From Botryllus schlosseri (Eukaryota), in contig CM119372.1 in assembly GCA_051294905.1 (NCBI GenBank), positions 14,200,001 to 14,264,000 on the forward strand: a stretch of DNA of 64,000 nucleotides, given 5' to 3'. The stretch's first letter is position 1; each line of letters begins with the position of its first letter. Both the position numbers and the translations under genes were made by a program. Under the pieces are notes generated by a model. The model saw only the letters and a list, made by a program, of their open reading frames with translations. It was not told the DNA's origin and searched no databases. Below are positions 12,229 through 23,900 of the stretch, in pieces.

Positions 12229-13043
12229 CAGGGGTGGCCAACCTGTGGCCGTATAGAAGGAAATTTGTGCGGCGATGGGCACGTATTTCAATTAGTATGT
12301 GTTTGCGGCCGTCGACATGAAAATTGAATTTACGAATTGGCTACCAAATTTTTATGAGAGTTTGATTGACCTTGAAATTTTCTTCGCACTGCGTTCAATG
12401 TAACTTCATTTTTCGAGCACCGTCTGCAACCTGAGCACCGCAATATACAGATGTGGACAGCAGCGAAAAATTATGCGCCCCAGGGAATACCAACTTGGAA
12501 TTGTGTCAAATAATTATTTTCTATGGTGCGCTTGGGTGATTTCGATATCTTTCCACCAACAATGCTGATGGGAGGTCAAGAAATGACAGCATGCAACAAA
12601 GTGACCAAATACAATTGGTCCACCCGAAGATACATCATCAATCATTTATAACTTGCCCAGAATTTACGAAAAGACATCCTCCATCAAATCTACTGCAGGG
12701 GAATCTGATCACGTGGGCTATGAAAGGATAAATGTTTGACAGCAATATGCGAAACTACCAATATTAATGACGAAATTCAATCGTTAATCTGAAAATTTTT
12801 CGCGCATTGCGCGACCAAAACGAAACCAAGAATCCGTTCATAACATGACCACTCGTGATTTTGGTGTGTATAGTAAGCCGATATGAATAAATAGGTTAGT
12901 CTGAAGCTCACCGAATATGGACACGAACAGTTTAAAATGGGTATTTGGCGGCCACTTTATTCATTACGAACTATTCCCTGGAATGCGGCCGTAGGCTACA
13001 TGACTAATCGAAATGCGGTCGTGAATAGCAAAAAGCAATCCTG
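12229..13043. mobile_element. CAGGGG-type hAT MITE with degenerate right end
   Basis: caggggtggccaacc start, tgcggcc subterminal motifs, TSD acatacag/atatacag (1 mismatch). Confidence 0.7.
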
Positions 13044-13265
13044 ATATACAGGATTGGATATACGTCATGTTTGAATGATTCATGCATATTGCATATTAGG
13101 GTATTAGAGAGACCATGCTATGACAAAAAAACTCATAAAATGTGAAAAAGGGAAGAATATTTAGTAATGCATTCTTCCATGTTGCTTTCATATAGTGAAT
13201 AATTCAATGAAACAATTTTGCATGCCATCGTTAATCATATGTTTGCATCTGTTTAATGATTATCT

Positions 13266-13625
13266 CGCCGGCCATCCGACAGTCGACGCGCATGTCCACA
13301 TTCAAGTCGAAATACAAGCAATTACTATTAAATAAATACAGTCCATCCTCAAGATTACCGGACCACGACTGACCTATCGATCTCGCTTCCCGTGACATGC
13401 CGCCCTATTCTTGTCACTTTCTTTTTCTATACTGTCCTCTTTACTTTCATTCAGTGTGCATGCCTCCTCTTTACATCGCCTAGGCCAAGGTGGGTGTCTG
13501 ATTCCATAGACTAATCCAAGTCGCTTCGACTTCTTCCTATTTCTATTCATTGTAGCCTATCGCATTTTTTGTGGTGTATTGAACTGATAAAATTGCTAAT
13601 AAACCAATGATGACGATGATGATTA
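13266..13625 (+). mobile_element. 5'-truncated 3' end of the LINE family seen at 43860-46777
   Basis: Near-identical to 46430-46777, including the (GAT)n tail; older fragments at ~25560-26100, ~36375-36720 (+) and ~37010-37200 (-). Confidence 0.9.
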
Positions 13626-14405
13626 TATGACAGTCATTTAACTGTCACTGTGAAAAATAATTTTCGAAGTAAGTTGGTAATACTGTCAGAGTCGGAGCTC
13701 TCTTAAGAAATCAATCGGATTCGGAGCCGGATTCGGAGCCGGATTCTGAGTCGTTTAATGAAAATGCCCTCGAAGTTGGAGTCGGTGGTAAAATTTACCG
13801 AATCCACAGCCCCTGATAGGAACTATACTAAATTTAATACATATCACAAAAAATTAATCGAGTTAAAGATTTTCACTGCCACAGGTTTAAACGGTTACCG
13901 AAATGTAAACTTTTCATAGGGTCATTAATGAAGGACTTCTACTTTTTCGGAGTAGTCAAATAGGTTTTACCCACTTGTAGTACTTATTGAAGAAGAACGG
14001 TCATCATTTACAACTTGACTCTCGAAAGACCCGCTCCCGCGTGAATTCCGTTGTCGTTGACCTCCTTTTTAGCAACCCCGCCGACACTGCCGCCGAAATA
14101 CATGTTTCGCGTCTTTTATGGAATTTTTTGTTGTCGGTTTACGATCGCCTGGCTTACAAAGTTATCGAAGAGGACGAATTGCCAAGAAGGGGGACATTTG
14201 GGCGTCCTCGAGGGACAATTTTGTTTCTTGAAAAAGGAGGACGTGTCCATTACAGACTACTTCCACTTCTGCTTAGCAGCTGTTAATTTTTAGGCGAAAT
14301 TAAGCCTAAAATACTTTCTTTTTAGTTACTTGGAACTCGATACCTCTACTTGCCTTCAAAGAGAAATTTACGACGTTTATCATCTACTTTTAATTGAGTA
14401 CCAAG

Positions 14406-16367
14406 CAGTGTTGGGATCAAGTCACTACCTTCGAGTCACGAGTCATCTCGAGTCATTCCACATTTTGACTCGAGTCAAGTCAAGTCAATCGATTTTCAAA
14501 GGTGACTCGAGTCAAGTCGAGTCAAGTCAAGTCAAGTCACGAGTCAAGTCACGATTCGAGTCAAATTGAATTTTCGAAGTATATGTGATGATCCAAAGTC
14601 GTTACATTTAGCTAACTGTGTGAAGGATAGAATTGGCAATTTATCTGGAATCAAATGAAGATTATGAAGATTATAAAGTTAAATATTCATGCAAAAGGTG
14701 CTGTATCGCTCACGCACACGTAGAACTGATAATAAAATACGTGAGTAACTGTATAGCTATACATGCTACAGTCTGATTTTATCAACCAATATAAAGGATC
14801 GAATACGAAGCCTCGAGAAGTTGAAGAAATTGATGTCGTACAATAGCCACTACTAGGGATGGTGTGAACGTGAAGTTCACGTTCGCGTTCTGTGGGTGAA
14901 CCTCGTAAATTTAGAGGTTCGCGTCCACAACAGAACCTTGGTAGGTTCTGCACTGTGAACCTTTTTTATATATTACAATTTTCACTTCATTATAGCATCT
15001 TGTGGTTCATATTTATTGCATTTCAACTGCGGGTCACTCTATGCATGGCGCTGACTGCATTGAAAATCAACACTAAACGAGCATGCACCTTGCCAATCTC
15101 GAAAATTTTACTTGCTTCGTTGAAAAAGTTTGCTCGAAATATCCTGTTTTCCGTTTGTGAATATTCATTGACTCTCTGCTGTGAGTTTGACCCGTAATCA
15201 CACAATATCAGGAGCGAAATACGTAGTCAGCGAATGATGCTCATTCAACCAATCAATGAGATTGATATCGTTTTCTGATGCAAAAAATTTAGCACGCGTA
15301 CGGGGTCACGGGCCAATCATGACTTCATATCTTTAGTGCATCAATAAAACCAAATCCTTGCGATTGAAGTGTTGGCTACTGCTATATAACTTGGTAATGG
15401 GGTAATATCGGTAACAAGAATAGAAACCAGTTTTACACTCTGCTCAATATCAATGTAGCGATACTCAGACTCCGAATACATTGTCTGGTCTGTCCTAAAC
15501 GTTAATGCGTAAAGTTATATTCCCTGGTAAGTCCTCGTAGAAATTGTTGGCAAAGCGACGGAAGATATTGATTTTATAGGAGTATTATACCCTTTGATTG
15601 CCTCAGTTGATACATTTACCGACGTTTAAAACGTCAATATGTTCTTCGGCATTGTGGCATGAAGTGGCCTGAGTCGTCGCTATAGGTATCGTGTACATTG
15701 TACAATGTACATGTACATTGATATAGGCTATTAATTAGCAATATGACGTTACATGACGTCATGAGGTTCACGTTCGTGTTCACACAGAACCTTTCAAAAA
15801 GGTTCACGTTCACACGAACCTGAACCTTTCAGAGGTTCACACCATCCCTAGCCACTACCCACCTACACCTCCGTGAGAATATAAAGGCATAAACTATATT
15901 CGTTCGATTTAAATCATACAATAGTGTTGGTAAAGGTGAGCACTACGCAATGTAAGCACTAAGCTGCCTAAGAAACAAAGATACGGGCGATTAGATAAAT
16001 CTACTGCTACTACGACAACGTAGGTGTGGTGGTTTCGTAAGCGGTCAATTTATTTGTGATGTAACAATGGATGATCAGTGAGACTTACAATTATTGAAGA
16101 CTGGTTGCTCTCACAAGTGACACCGGCGTATCGCTAACAACCAAAGCATAATAATATAGGGTGATTTAATCGACATTGTTTACTTAATGACTTGAAATTG
16201 ACTCGTGAATTTTGCTCCGAGTCACGAGTCAATCCGCATTTCTGAGGCGTCGAGTCAAGTCAAGTCAAGTCATTTTTGGAAAGTGACTCGAGTCAAGTCA
16301 AGTCATACGAAAAAGGTGACTCGAGTCTGACTCGAGTCAAGTCATGACTCGAGTCATCCCAACACTG
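14406..16367 (+). mobile_element. Non-autonomous hAT-like element with CAGTGTTGGGAT termini and (GAGTC/AAGTC)n arrays, copy 1
   Basis: 12-bp TIR; exact TSD gtaccaag at 14398-14405 and 16368-16375; homologous to 27827-29025 and 37808-43762. Confidence 0.92.
14854..15850 (+). mobile_element. Non-autonomous hAT-like element with TAGGGATGGTGTGAAC termini, copy 1 (nested)
   Basis: 16-bp perfect TIR, gaacct/aggttc repeats, exact TSD gccactac. Confidence 0.92.
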
Positions 16368-16436
16368 GTACCAAGCATGACATCTGGCTATGTTTCCACC
16401 AAGTCATTTCATCATAACTAGTAGTAATTATATTAG

Positions 16437-16475
16437 CATAGCAATTTACAACGTACTACGTTGTAAATTGCTATG
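16437..16475. mobile_element. 39-bp palindromic micro-element with CATAG termini (P-like)
   Basis: catagcaatttacaacgta-c-tacgttgtaaattgctatg; 7-bp flanks atattag/atattat. Confidence 0.75.
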
Positions 16476-16879
16476 ATATTATGGTTACCATATTTTGGAA
16501 ATCTGAAAAGAGGACACTTTTTCAGAATTTTCAGACTTGCAAAACCGGAGGAAAATTCTCAAAAGACGATAATTTTTTCCCACTTTGCGGTCGGTTGACT
16601 AAAAAAAAGGTCAGCTTTCCCGCTTAGCGCCCAATATACCGTTTTTTCCTCCACGTTGTCAGGTGGTTGACTAAAAAAAAGTATTCAGTAGCGGCAGGTG
16701 CTATAGTGGCATTAATTTCATCATGACCACGAATTTGAAAATGTCTTTATGGGTGTCTGTTTGAAAAAAGATTCCAAGCTGTTCCCACCTTTTCATTTCA
16801 TTGCGTGATGTTTACTAGTTTACAACTGTTAAAGTACTATAAAAAATAATGAAGGAATAAAACTCCTACATCACACTAC

Positions 16880-16911
16880 CATAGCAATTTACAACGTTGT
16901 AAATTGCTATG
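16880..16911. mobile_element. 32-bp perfect-palindrome micro-element with CATAG termini (P-like)
   Basis: catagcaatttacaac|gttgtaaattgctatg; exact 7-bp TSD acactac at 16873-16879 and 16912-16918. Confidence 0.85.
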
Positions 16912-18435
16912 ACACTACAATCTCTTAATCACACTATTCCTGCAATCATAGCGCCATCTAGCACAGAGATGGCAGTGAACAGACCACAGATCTCGGACAC
17001 AGCTTAGTGGCGTCCCGCTCCTGTGACCTTGGACAAATTTGCAAAATTTGCTCAATGCAATGCCTTCTGCAAGCGTTGCCTAGGTTCGTTGCATAGACTA
17101 CGTTCATTGTTTGTTTTTAATGATGCTGTAGTTTCTAATCTGGGAGGATTCGCACTTATTCACTCTGACTGAAATTTCAATGTTTATTTAGCTCGTCGTT
17201 ACGTATCCCGTTGCTGCTTCTTGGCAATGTCGCATGTATAGTTACCGCAACTTGATGAATCATCGCTGCTCAGTGCTCACCTGTTATATTAGACAAAACG
17301 TACCGAGATTCCAGTAGGGCCATGACCGGTGTAACGACGTATGTTGGGAATTATTGTGGATGCATAGTGTTCTTACAGTTGTCTTGTCGCTATGATATAG
17401 CGCAACGTAACGTTCTTGTTATGTATGAAATAATATTTTAGAAAACTCACGATAACATGATAATATGGTATAAAAACACTGATAATCTTATTGAATTATT
17501 AATAGATTGGTGTTCTTAGAGAACATGTATTTTACTATATTGCATTGTACCAACCCATGCCCTATGCTCCTGATAAGTGTTCTGTTTGTGGCATTTATTT
17601 ATAGTCTGAGGTGGGTGTTCCATTAAGTTGGCTCAATTCTATCCTGTTTTTCATATCAAAATCCTTATGAAATCTGATTTTTTTACTGTCATTGAAAGAC
17701 CCGTTGGTCTGCTTATTGTATATTTTCCACAATTGTGTCTGAAATTGGAGCAACTGAATAATGTATGATTACCGGCTATGAGACCTAGGCCTAAATATTG
17801 ATAACACTACAAACAAAACCGTAATTGATTATTCTGTTCCAAAATATCGTAACTGCACACTGGTGCCTATATCAAGATTTTGTCTCTCAGATACTCCTTC
17901 CAATGCCATGCGGAATTGTTTTATTGCATACTTTCATTATCTATTTGTTACTTTATTATCCAGTATGCTATATGTTTGCTAAGCAAAATTTCTATCCCTG
18001 TTGTTTTTATGGTGCAACAAACTCGTGACCAGCGTAATCGTGGGTCACGGCCAGGGACCAGGTGTTGCATTCCTTACCCTGCATTTGCTATCAAGTGGTC
18101 GGCCATGTTTGAGTGTTGCCTAAAGGGAGGCCACTTGGTAGTTTCATGTGGGCAACATTTAGATACCAAAAAATGTTATCTTTCTTAACTTGACGTGGTT
18201 TTGCAAGAGTATACACAGCCCACCTACAGGATATATTTCTATAAATCACTTTTTATTAGACTATACGTGTTACTTTGCCCTCCTATTTGTGAATAACGTA
18301 TTTATTGACTGAATCCGGTACTAAATCATAAATGTAACCTGGGTTTAAAGTTCAAACCTGAAACACCAGACTGGAATGTAGTTGATGTGTCTTATCAACT
18401 TGCAGATTCCATCCAGGCTAATATATCTAGATAAA

Positions 18436-19689
18436 ATGGCTGGAGTTCCATCAGCTTTCAGCCAAGTGGACCTCGCTCCCCCAGTTGTTGTTTTTAAAGT
18501 TCGTGATGAGTATCTTGCTGACACTTCCGAGCAAAAAATCAATTTGAGCGTTGGAGCATATCGTGATGATCAAGGCGAACCATGGGTGTTACCTGTCGTG
18601 CGCTCAGTAGAAGCAGAGATGGCCACTGATCCTACATTGAATCACGAATACCTTCCTATTACGGGATTGCCTCAGTTTTGTAAAGTAGCAACAGAACTTA
18701 GCCTTGGATCAGATAGTGCTGCTATTACCGACAACCGAGCAGCCGGTGTGCAAGCTTTGAGCGGCACAGGAGCACTCAGGATTGCTGCTGAATTCCTCAA
18801 ACAGTTCTATCAAACGCATGACCCAGGTACAGTAGTCTGCTACCCTGATCCAACATGGGGTAATCATGACAAAATTTTCATGTATGCTGGGTTTGATGAT
18901 CGTCGAAAGTATCGGTATTGGGATGCCAAAAATCGCTGCCTTGATCTTGATGGTATGTTGGAAGATCTCGAGAAGTTACCTGAATATTCAATTGTCATAT
19001 TGCATGCGTGTGCCCATAACCCAACTGGTGTAGACCCCACAAAGGATCAGTGGTCTCGCATTGCAGATGCTTGTAAAAGTCGAAACCTATTTCCGATTTT
19101 CGATTCTGCATACCAAGGATTTGCCTCTGGAGACCCAGACGAAGATGCTTGGAGCATTAGAATGTTTGAAAAAGCTGGTTTCGAATTATTTGTATGCCAG
19201 TCGTTTGCAAAGAATTTTGGCCTTTACAATGAGAGAGTGGGTAACCTTGTCATGGTGCTTAAAGACTCTGATAGTCTCCTTCGTGCAAGGTCACAGATGG
19301 AATTGATCATCCGAGGGATGTACTCCAATCCACCATGTCATGGAGCAAGAGTGGTTGCAACAGCTCTTTCAAATCCGGCCTATTATTCACAGTGGAGAGA
19401 TAATGTCCGCACCATGTCTGATCGCATCAAGAGATTACGTCAAGCTACATACGAAAAGCTGAAGATACTAGGTACACCTGGCAAATGGGATCACATCGTG
19501 AAACAAATAGGAATGTTCAGCTATACTGGTCTGAATCCAGCTCAATGCGAGTTTCTTTCCAAGCAGAAGCATATCTATTTGCTGAAGTCTGGACGAATTA
19601 GCATGTGTGGACTGACCGATGCAAATCTGGACTATTTCGTGCAGTCTCTTCATGAAGCAGTTGTATCTGTATGTGAGAATAAATTATAG
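18436..19689 (+). CDS. GOT1: Cytosolic aspartate aminotransferase, single-exon CDS (417 aa)
   Basis: NLSVGAYR, LHACAHNPTG, FDSAYQGFASG, PLP-lysine motif QSFAKNFGLYNER, QIGMFSYTGL, SGRI; no mitochondrial presequence; first ATG in aaaATGg context. Confidence 0.95.
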   Translation: MAGVPSAFSQVDLAPPVVVFKVRDEYLADTSEQKINLSVGAYRDDQGEPWVLPVVRSVEAEMATDPTLNHEYLPITGLPQFCKVATELSLGSDSAAITDNRAAGVQALSGTGALRIAAEFLKQFYQTHDPGTVVCYPDPTWGNHDKIFMYAGFDDRRKYRYWDAKNRCLDLDGMLEDLEKLPEYSIVILHACAHNPTGVDPTKDQWSRIADACKSRNLFPIFDSAYQGFASGDPDEDAWSIRMFEKAGFELFVCQSFAKNFGLYNERVGNLVMVLKDSDSLLRARSQMELIIRGMYSNPPCHGARVVATALSNPAYYSQWRDNVRTMSDRIKRLRQATYEKLKILGTPGKWDHIVKQIGMFSYTGLNPAQCEFLSKQKHIYLLKSGRISMCGLTDANLDYFVQSLHEAVVSVCENKL

Positions 19690-20016
19690 GTGGGACTCTC
19701 GTGACCCCTGGAAATATCTTTGCAGCAATTGATTTGAGAATTTGGTTCTAATGATCTCTCCATTGTCTTAGTCGTTGTAATGAATGTTATTCACAACTGT
19801 CAACTATTATGCGTTTTTCAGAACTTGTTCCAGGCTGGTGTAAATTTACATACAGTAATTATTATAAATATTGTGAAATGTGAATGAATGTTGTATTTTT
19901 CTATTATTTATAGCAAGCAACAAAGGTAGCCTACTGGTATTTTGAATTTTCTGAAGAACAAGGACAGACATCCATTAAATGACATGACTCACAGTCCTGC
20001 ATTTGTGAGTGTTGTG

Positions 20017-20398
20017 TAGGTTACCGTATTTCGGGATTTTGAATAATTTACAGACATACAATTCCAGAGTAAAATCCGGAAAAATTGGTAAATTTATTGG
20101 CAGTTTGTAGTTGGTTAACTATAAAAGGTCATTTTTCCGACTCCACTTCGGAAATACACACTTTTGTCGAATTCTTCGTTAGCTGACTAAAAAAGACGGT
20201 CAACTTTCTGGCTCAACACGCAACATACCCGGCGGAAAGTTACTTGAGTGCTGAATTCCTATATCTCAGTGGAATTTTTTAACATACATTCAACCAAAAT
20301 TTTCAAAAAAGAGGACATTTGGGCGTCCTCCAAGGACTCTTTCAAAAATTACAAAAAAGAGGACAAATCCTCTTAAAAGAGGACGTATGATAACCCTA
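20017..20398. mobile_element. TAGGGTTACC-family hAT-like MITE
   Basis: taggttaccgta ... tatgataacccta, gaggac repeats, TSD gtgttgtg/ttgttgtg; other fragments at ~14170, ~16483, ~51706. Confidence 0.8.
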
Positions 20399-20949
20399 TT
20401 GTTGTGGGTTCTGGTGCGGCGAGATTGTGCAGTGTATCTCAACCCAGAATTACATGGGATCGTTTCGACCGACAAAGCGTCTTGAAGAATTACTTGGCAA
20501 TTGGGCATCCATCTCCTCGATCGGTAGGTTGTAGAACGTGGATTCTTCTCTACTCACGGTCAGGTAAGACCAAAACTTGCATGGTTGTACAACTGGTATC
20601 CACGGCGTTGCAAGGAAGCCGGTGGTGCTGACACATTATTAACCTTAGCATCTCCATGGACCCAGCAGGTGGAGATTAACTGCCGTCCGTCACGCAATTG
20701 CGCGTTTCGGAAAGACCGGTGCAGCAATGAACAACACAAAGCTCGCGCTATGTGCAAAGCGCGAAAGCCAGAGCTGATCAGTGGCGGTAGCAGTAACTTT
20801 ACGAAGTAATACGAGAGACGAGGTAGCTGAATATTGATTGCATGACGTCGCAGAAATTTAGCTTTGTTTGCGGTGCCGCGTACAAGTTAGTCAGTGTTTC
20901 AAATCGTTAAACTTTGCGGCGCGCAACATTGCCGAGTGACTGGTAGGAT

Positions 20950-23900
20950 ATGACTTCCGAAGATCAACTTCAAATCACTGCTTGCAATTCCAGCGAACTT
21001 CGTAATGGTGACATACGAGAGGTTTCATTCGGAGAACATGGAACGGCACTGGTGGTGAAATGTAATGATAAAATTTCCGCCATTGGCAGCAAGTGTACAC
21101 ATTACGGCGCCCCGTTAGCGAAAGGTCCTCTCATTGACGGTCGGCTGAGATGTCCGTGGCACGGAGCGTGTTTTAACATTCAAACCGGCGACATAGAAGA
21201 TTACCCGGGTTTAGATAGCTTGCAAGTCTTCACTGCGGAAGAGAAAGATGGTAGCGTCATTGTAAAAGCGCGGAAAGATTTGTTGAAAAATGGGCGCCGC
21301 AGGCAGAAGATGTCATCCTTTACTGATGGGAATGGTGGGCCTATGATATATGTGCCACACCAGAGGTACATATGCAGATATACTTATTTGTTACAGGACA
21401 TGGCGTATTGATTATCGGAGGTGGCGCCACAGCCATAACATGTGCGGAATCGCTACGCCAACGAGGCTATTGCAAAAAGATAATTATCCTCACCAAGGAT
21501 TCCCATCCACCATATGACAGGTAACGTTGCATTCCAAGTCATTCGCAATCAATGACTATGAGCTTGTACCGTCCGTTACCAGAACGAAACTCAGTAAAGT
21601 CATGAATGTGGCCGCTGCTTCCACTTATCTTCGAGAAGAGGCATTTTACAAGGAATATGGGATTACCGTCAAATGTAATTCGGAAGTCACCAAGCTAGAC
21701 ACATCGGCAAAAAGTGTCCGATTGCAAGACGGGAGCAGTGAATCTTATGACAAATTACTTATTGCTACAGGTTTGATTCTTATGCAACTTGTTCAAAATA
21801 TAATATCTGCTATGCAGAGCAAAGCACGCCGTAAGCTCATTTGCCGACTTAATTGTATATATACCGCAGAACCGTTTGTTGCCAAGAATACGTGACCAGT
21901 AGGCATGGCCGCGACAGGATTGATTAGTCTTCTTTCCGTTTCTACTATATGCACTTTCGACAGGCATATTCTAATTATTTCCATAATATAACCAATCGAT
22001 CGATTTACACACGTGGCATTTCAATTACCAGTAACTCACTATAGTGAATTATGTTTTATGAATTTGCTGCTGTTATAATGTGTGTCTTCATCCCGGTCCA
22101 TGCAGCACTATACAAGCTTCCTAAACACAAAAATGGGTATTGGGCTCCCCAAATGGCTGTCTACGTAACGTTGACCCCCATAGCGCGGTTGGACTTCATA
22201 GACCAGTGGTTCTCAAACTTTTTTAGACACGCCCCTTCATGATAGTGAAAAATTTCGCGCCCACTTTGTCGTCATATCACAAAATGCAATCAAAATGCTA
22301 CGATTCCAACAGCTAGTTTGATGGCATGGAAGGTTATGACAGTTGATGAGATAATTCTCAAATATGAAATTCGGACTGTAGACAAAGCAACAACCACGAA
22401 ATGGAGGTAAATCGCGCCATGCGCGAAAAAAATTTCATTTGACGTCAGCTCCGCGACACCCCTCCCCCCCAGTTGATAACCACTATCATAGACTATAGAG
22501 AATTGGGAATTTTTTCTCATTACTCGAAATCACCAAGAAAATGATCCCAATTCCGTGTATTGCAATCTGTGTACTTATCTCCGAGAAACGTCTTATATTG
22601 CTACCCATTAAAACTACGTCCTGGAAACAAGACTGCCACGCAGACAGGAGGGGAGCAAGTAGAGCGCTTGCTCTTGCTTTGAACATCGTGACGTCACTGT
22701 GCGTACGTCTGATTTCGCCTCACTGTTGAAAATTTTGTCCGCTTCCGTATTATATTGCAGGATTATAGCTAATATATAATTGCTACACTCAACTCAAAAC
22801 CAAACGAATCAAGTAGGCCTAGTCAATTTTACCGTCGATAATAGGACACCTATTATAACCGCATAGTATGTTATGTATCGGCAACTAAGCCATGCCGTCA
22901 TCGCTGTCCGCATCCACGTGAAATTTCTAAATCGCGTGCATTGTGAGGCGGGACACCACGAACCGTCACTGTGATGCGACAGTAACATAACATATTATAT
23001 GCGACACGTTGATTATTGTGGCAGTCACTTTTATATTTGTTTCTTCCACCGACAGGCTCGACCCCGAGAGTGCTTCCGATTCCAGGATGGGGATTGAAAA
23101 ATGTTTTCGTTCTTCGTAGCCATGACGACGCGTCAAAGATATTCCAAGGGGTAAGGGTACGGGCTCAATCGTGGTGGTGATACCATTCGCGTCATTTGAT
23201 TGATACCCGCGCGTTTAATCATTCTCGCGAGTATAACTATGCAACCCATCCGCCTACCTTATACATTCAATATGACAGGCCATCTACTCTGTAATCGAGA
23301 AGTCGTATATTTACTAGGAATGGTGTGAACGCGAGGTTCACGTTCGCGTTCTGTGTGTCAACCTCGGAAATTTAGAGGTTCGTGTTCACAACAGAACCTT
23401 GGTAGGTTCTGCACTGTGAACCTTTTGGTAAATTGTTATTTTCACTCCATTATAAGATCTTTGGCTCAAATTTATTGCATTTCAACTGCGGGCCACTCCA
23501 TGCATGGTGCTGGCAGCATAAAAAATCAACGCTTAACGAGCATGCACCATGCACCTTGACAACCTTAAAAGTTTTAGTTGCTTTGTTGCAAAAATTTTCT
23601 CGGAATAACCAGCTTTCCGTTTGTGAATATTTAGTGACTATCTGCTGTGAGCTTGAACCGCAATCACACAAGATCACGAGCGATATACGTAGTCAGCGAA
23701 TGATGCTTATTCATTCAACCAATCAATGATATTGATATCGTCTTCTGATGTAAAAAATCGAACGGGCGTACGGGGTCAATCTTGACTTCATATCTTTACT
23801 GTATCATTAAAACCAAATCCGTGCGATTAAGGTGCTTGCTACTGCTGCATAACTTGTTGTTCGTGTATCGGCAGCGAGCATTGAAACCAGTTGTACACTC

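Noticed and set aside
7296..13815. One 6.5-kb composite element bounded by CAGGGCTG ends
   Set aside because: Flanks ataagcaa and ataggaac match only 5/8, so a shared TSD cannot be established
14430..14570. Regular GAGTC/AAGTC arrays (also GATTAC at 7650-7790 and CTACTT at 10870-11030) resembling CRISPR or telomeric repeats
   Set aside because: No unique spacers; they are subterminal repeats of TSD-bounded DNA transposons
18382..18435. TTG-initiated N-terminal extensions of GOT1 (and of the tetraspanin at 30970) in the ORF track
   Set aside because: Artefact of prokaryotic start codons; homology and ATG context favour 18436 and 31030
19689..20950. GOT1-AIFM3 as a tunicate-style operon
   Set aside because: The 1.26-kb spacer contains a MITE and a CpG-rich promoter-like stretch; no direct juxtaposition
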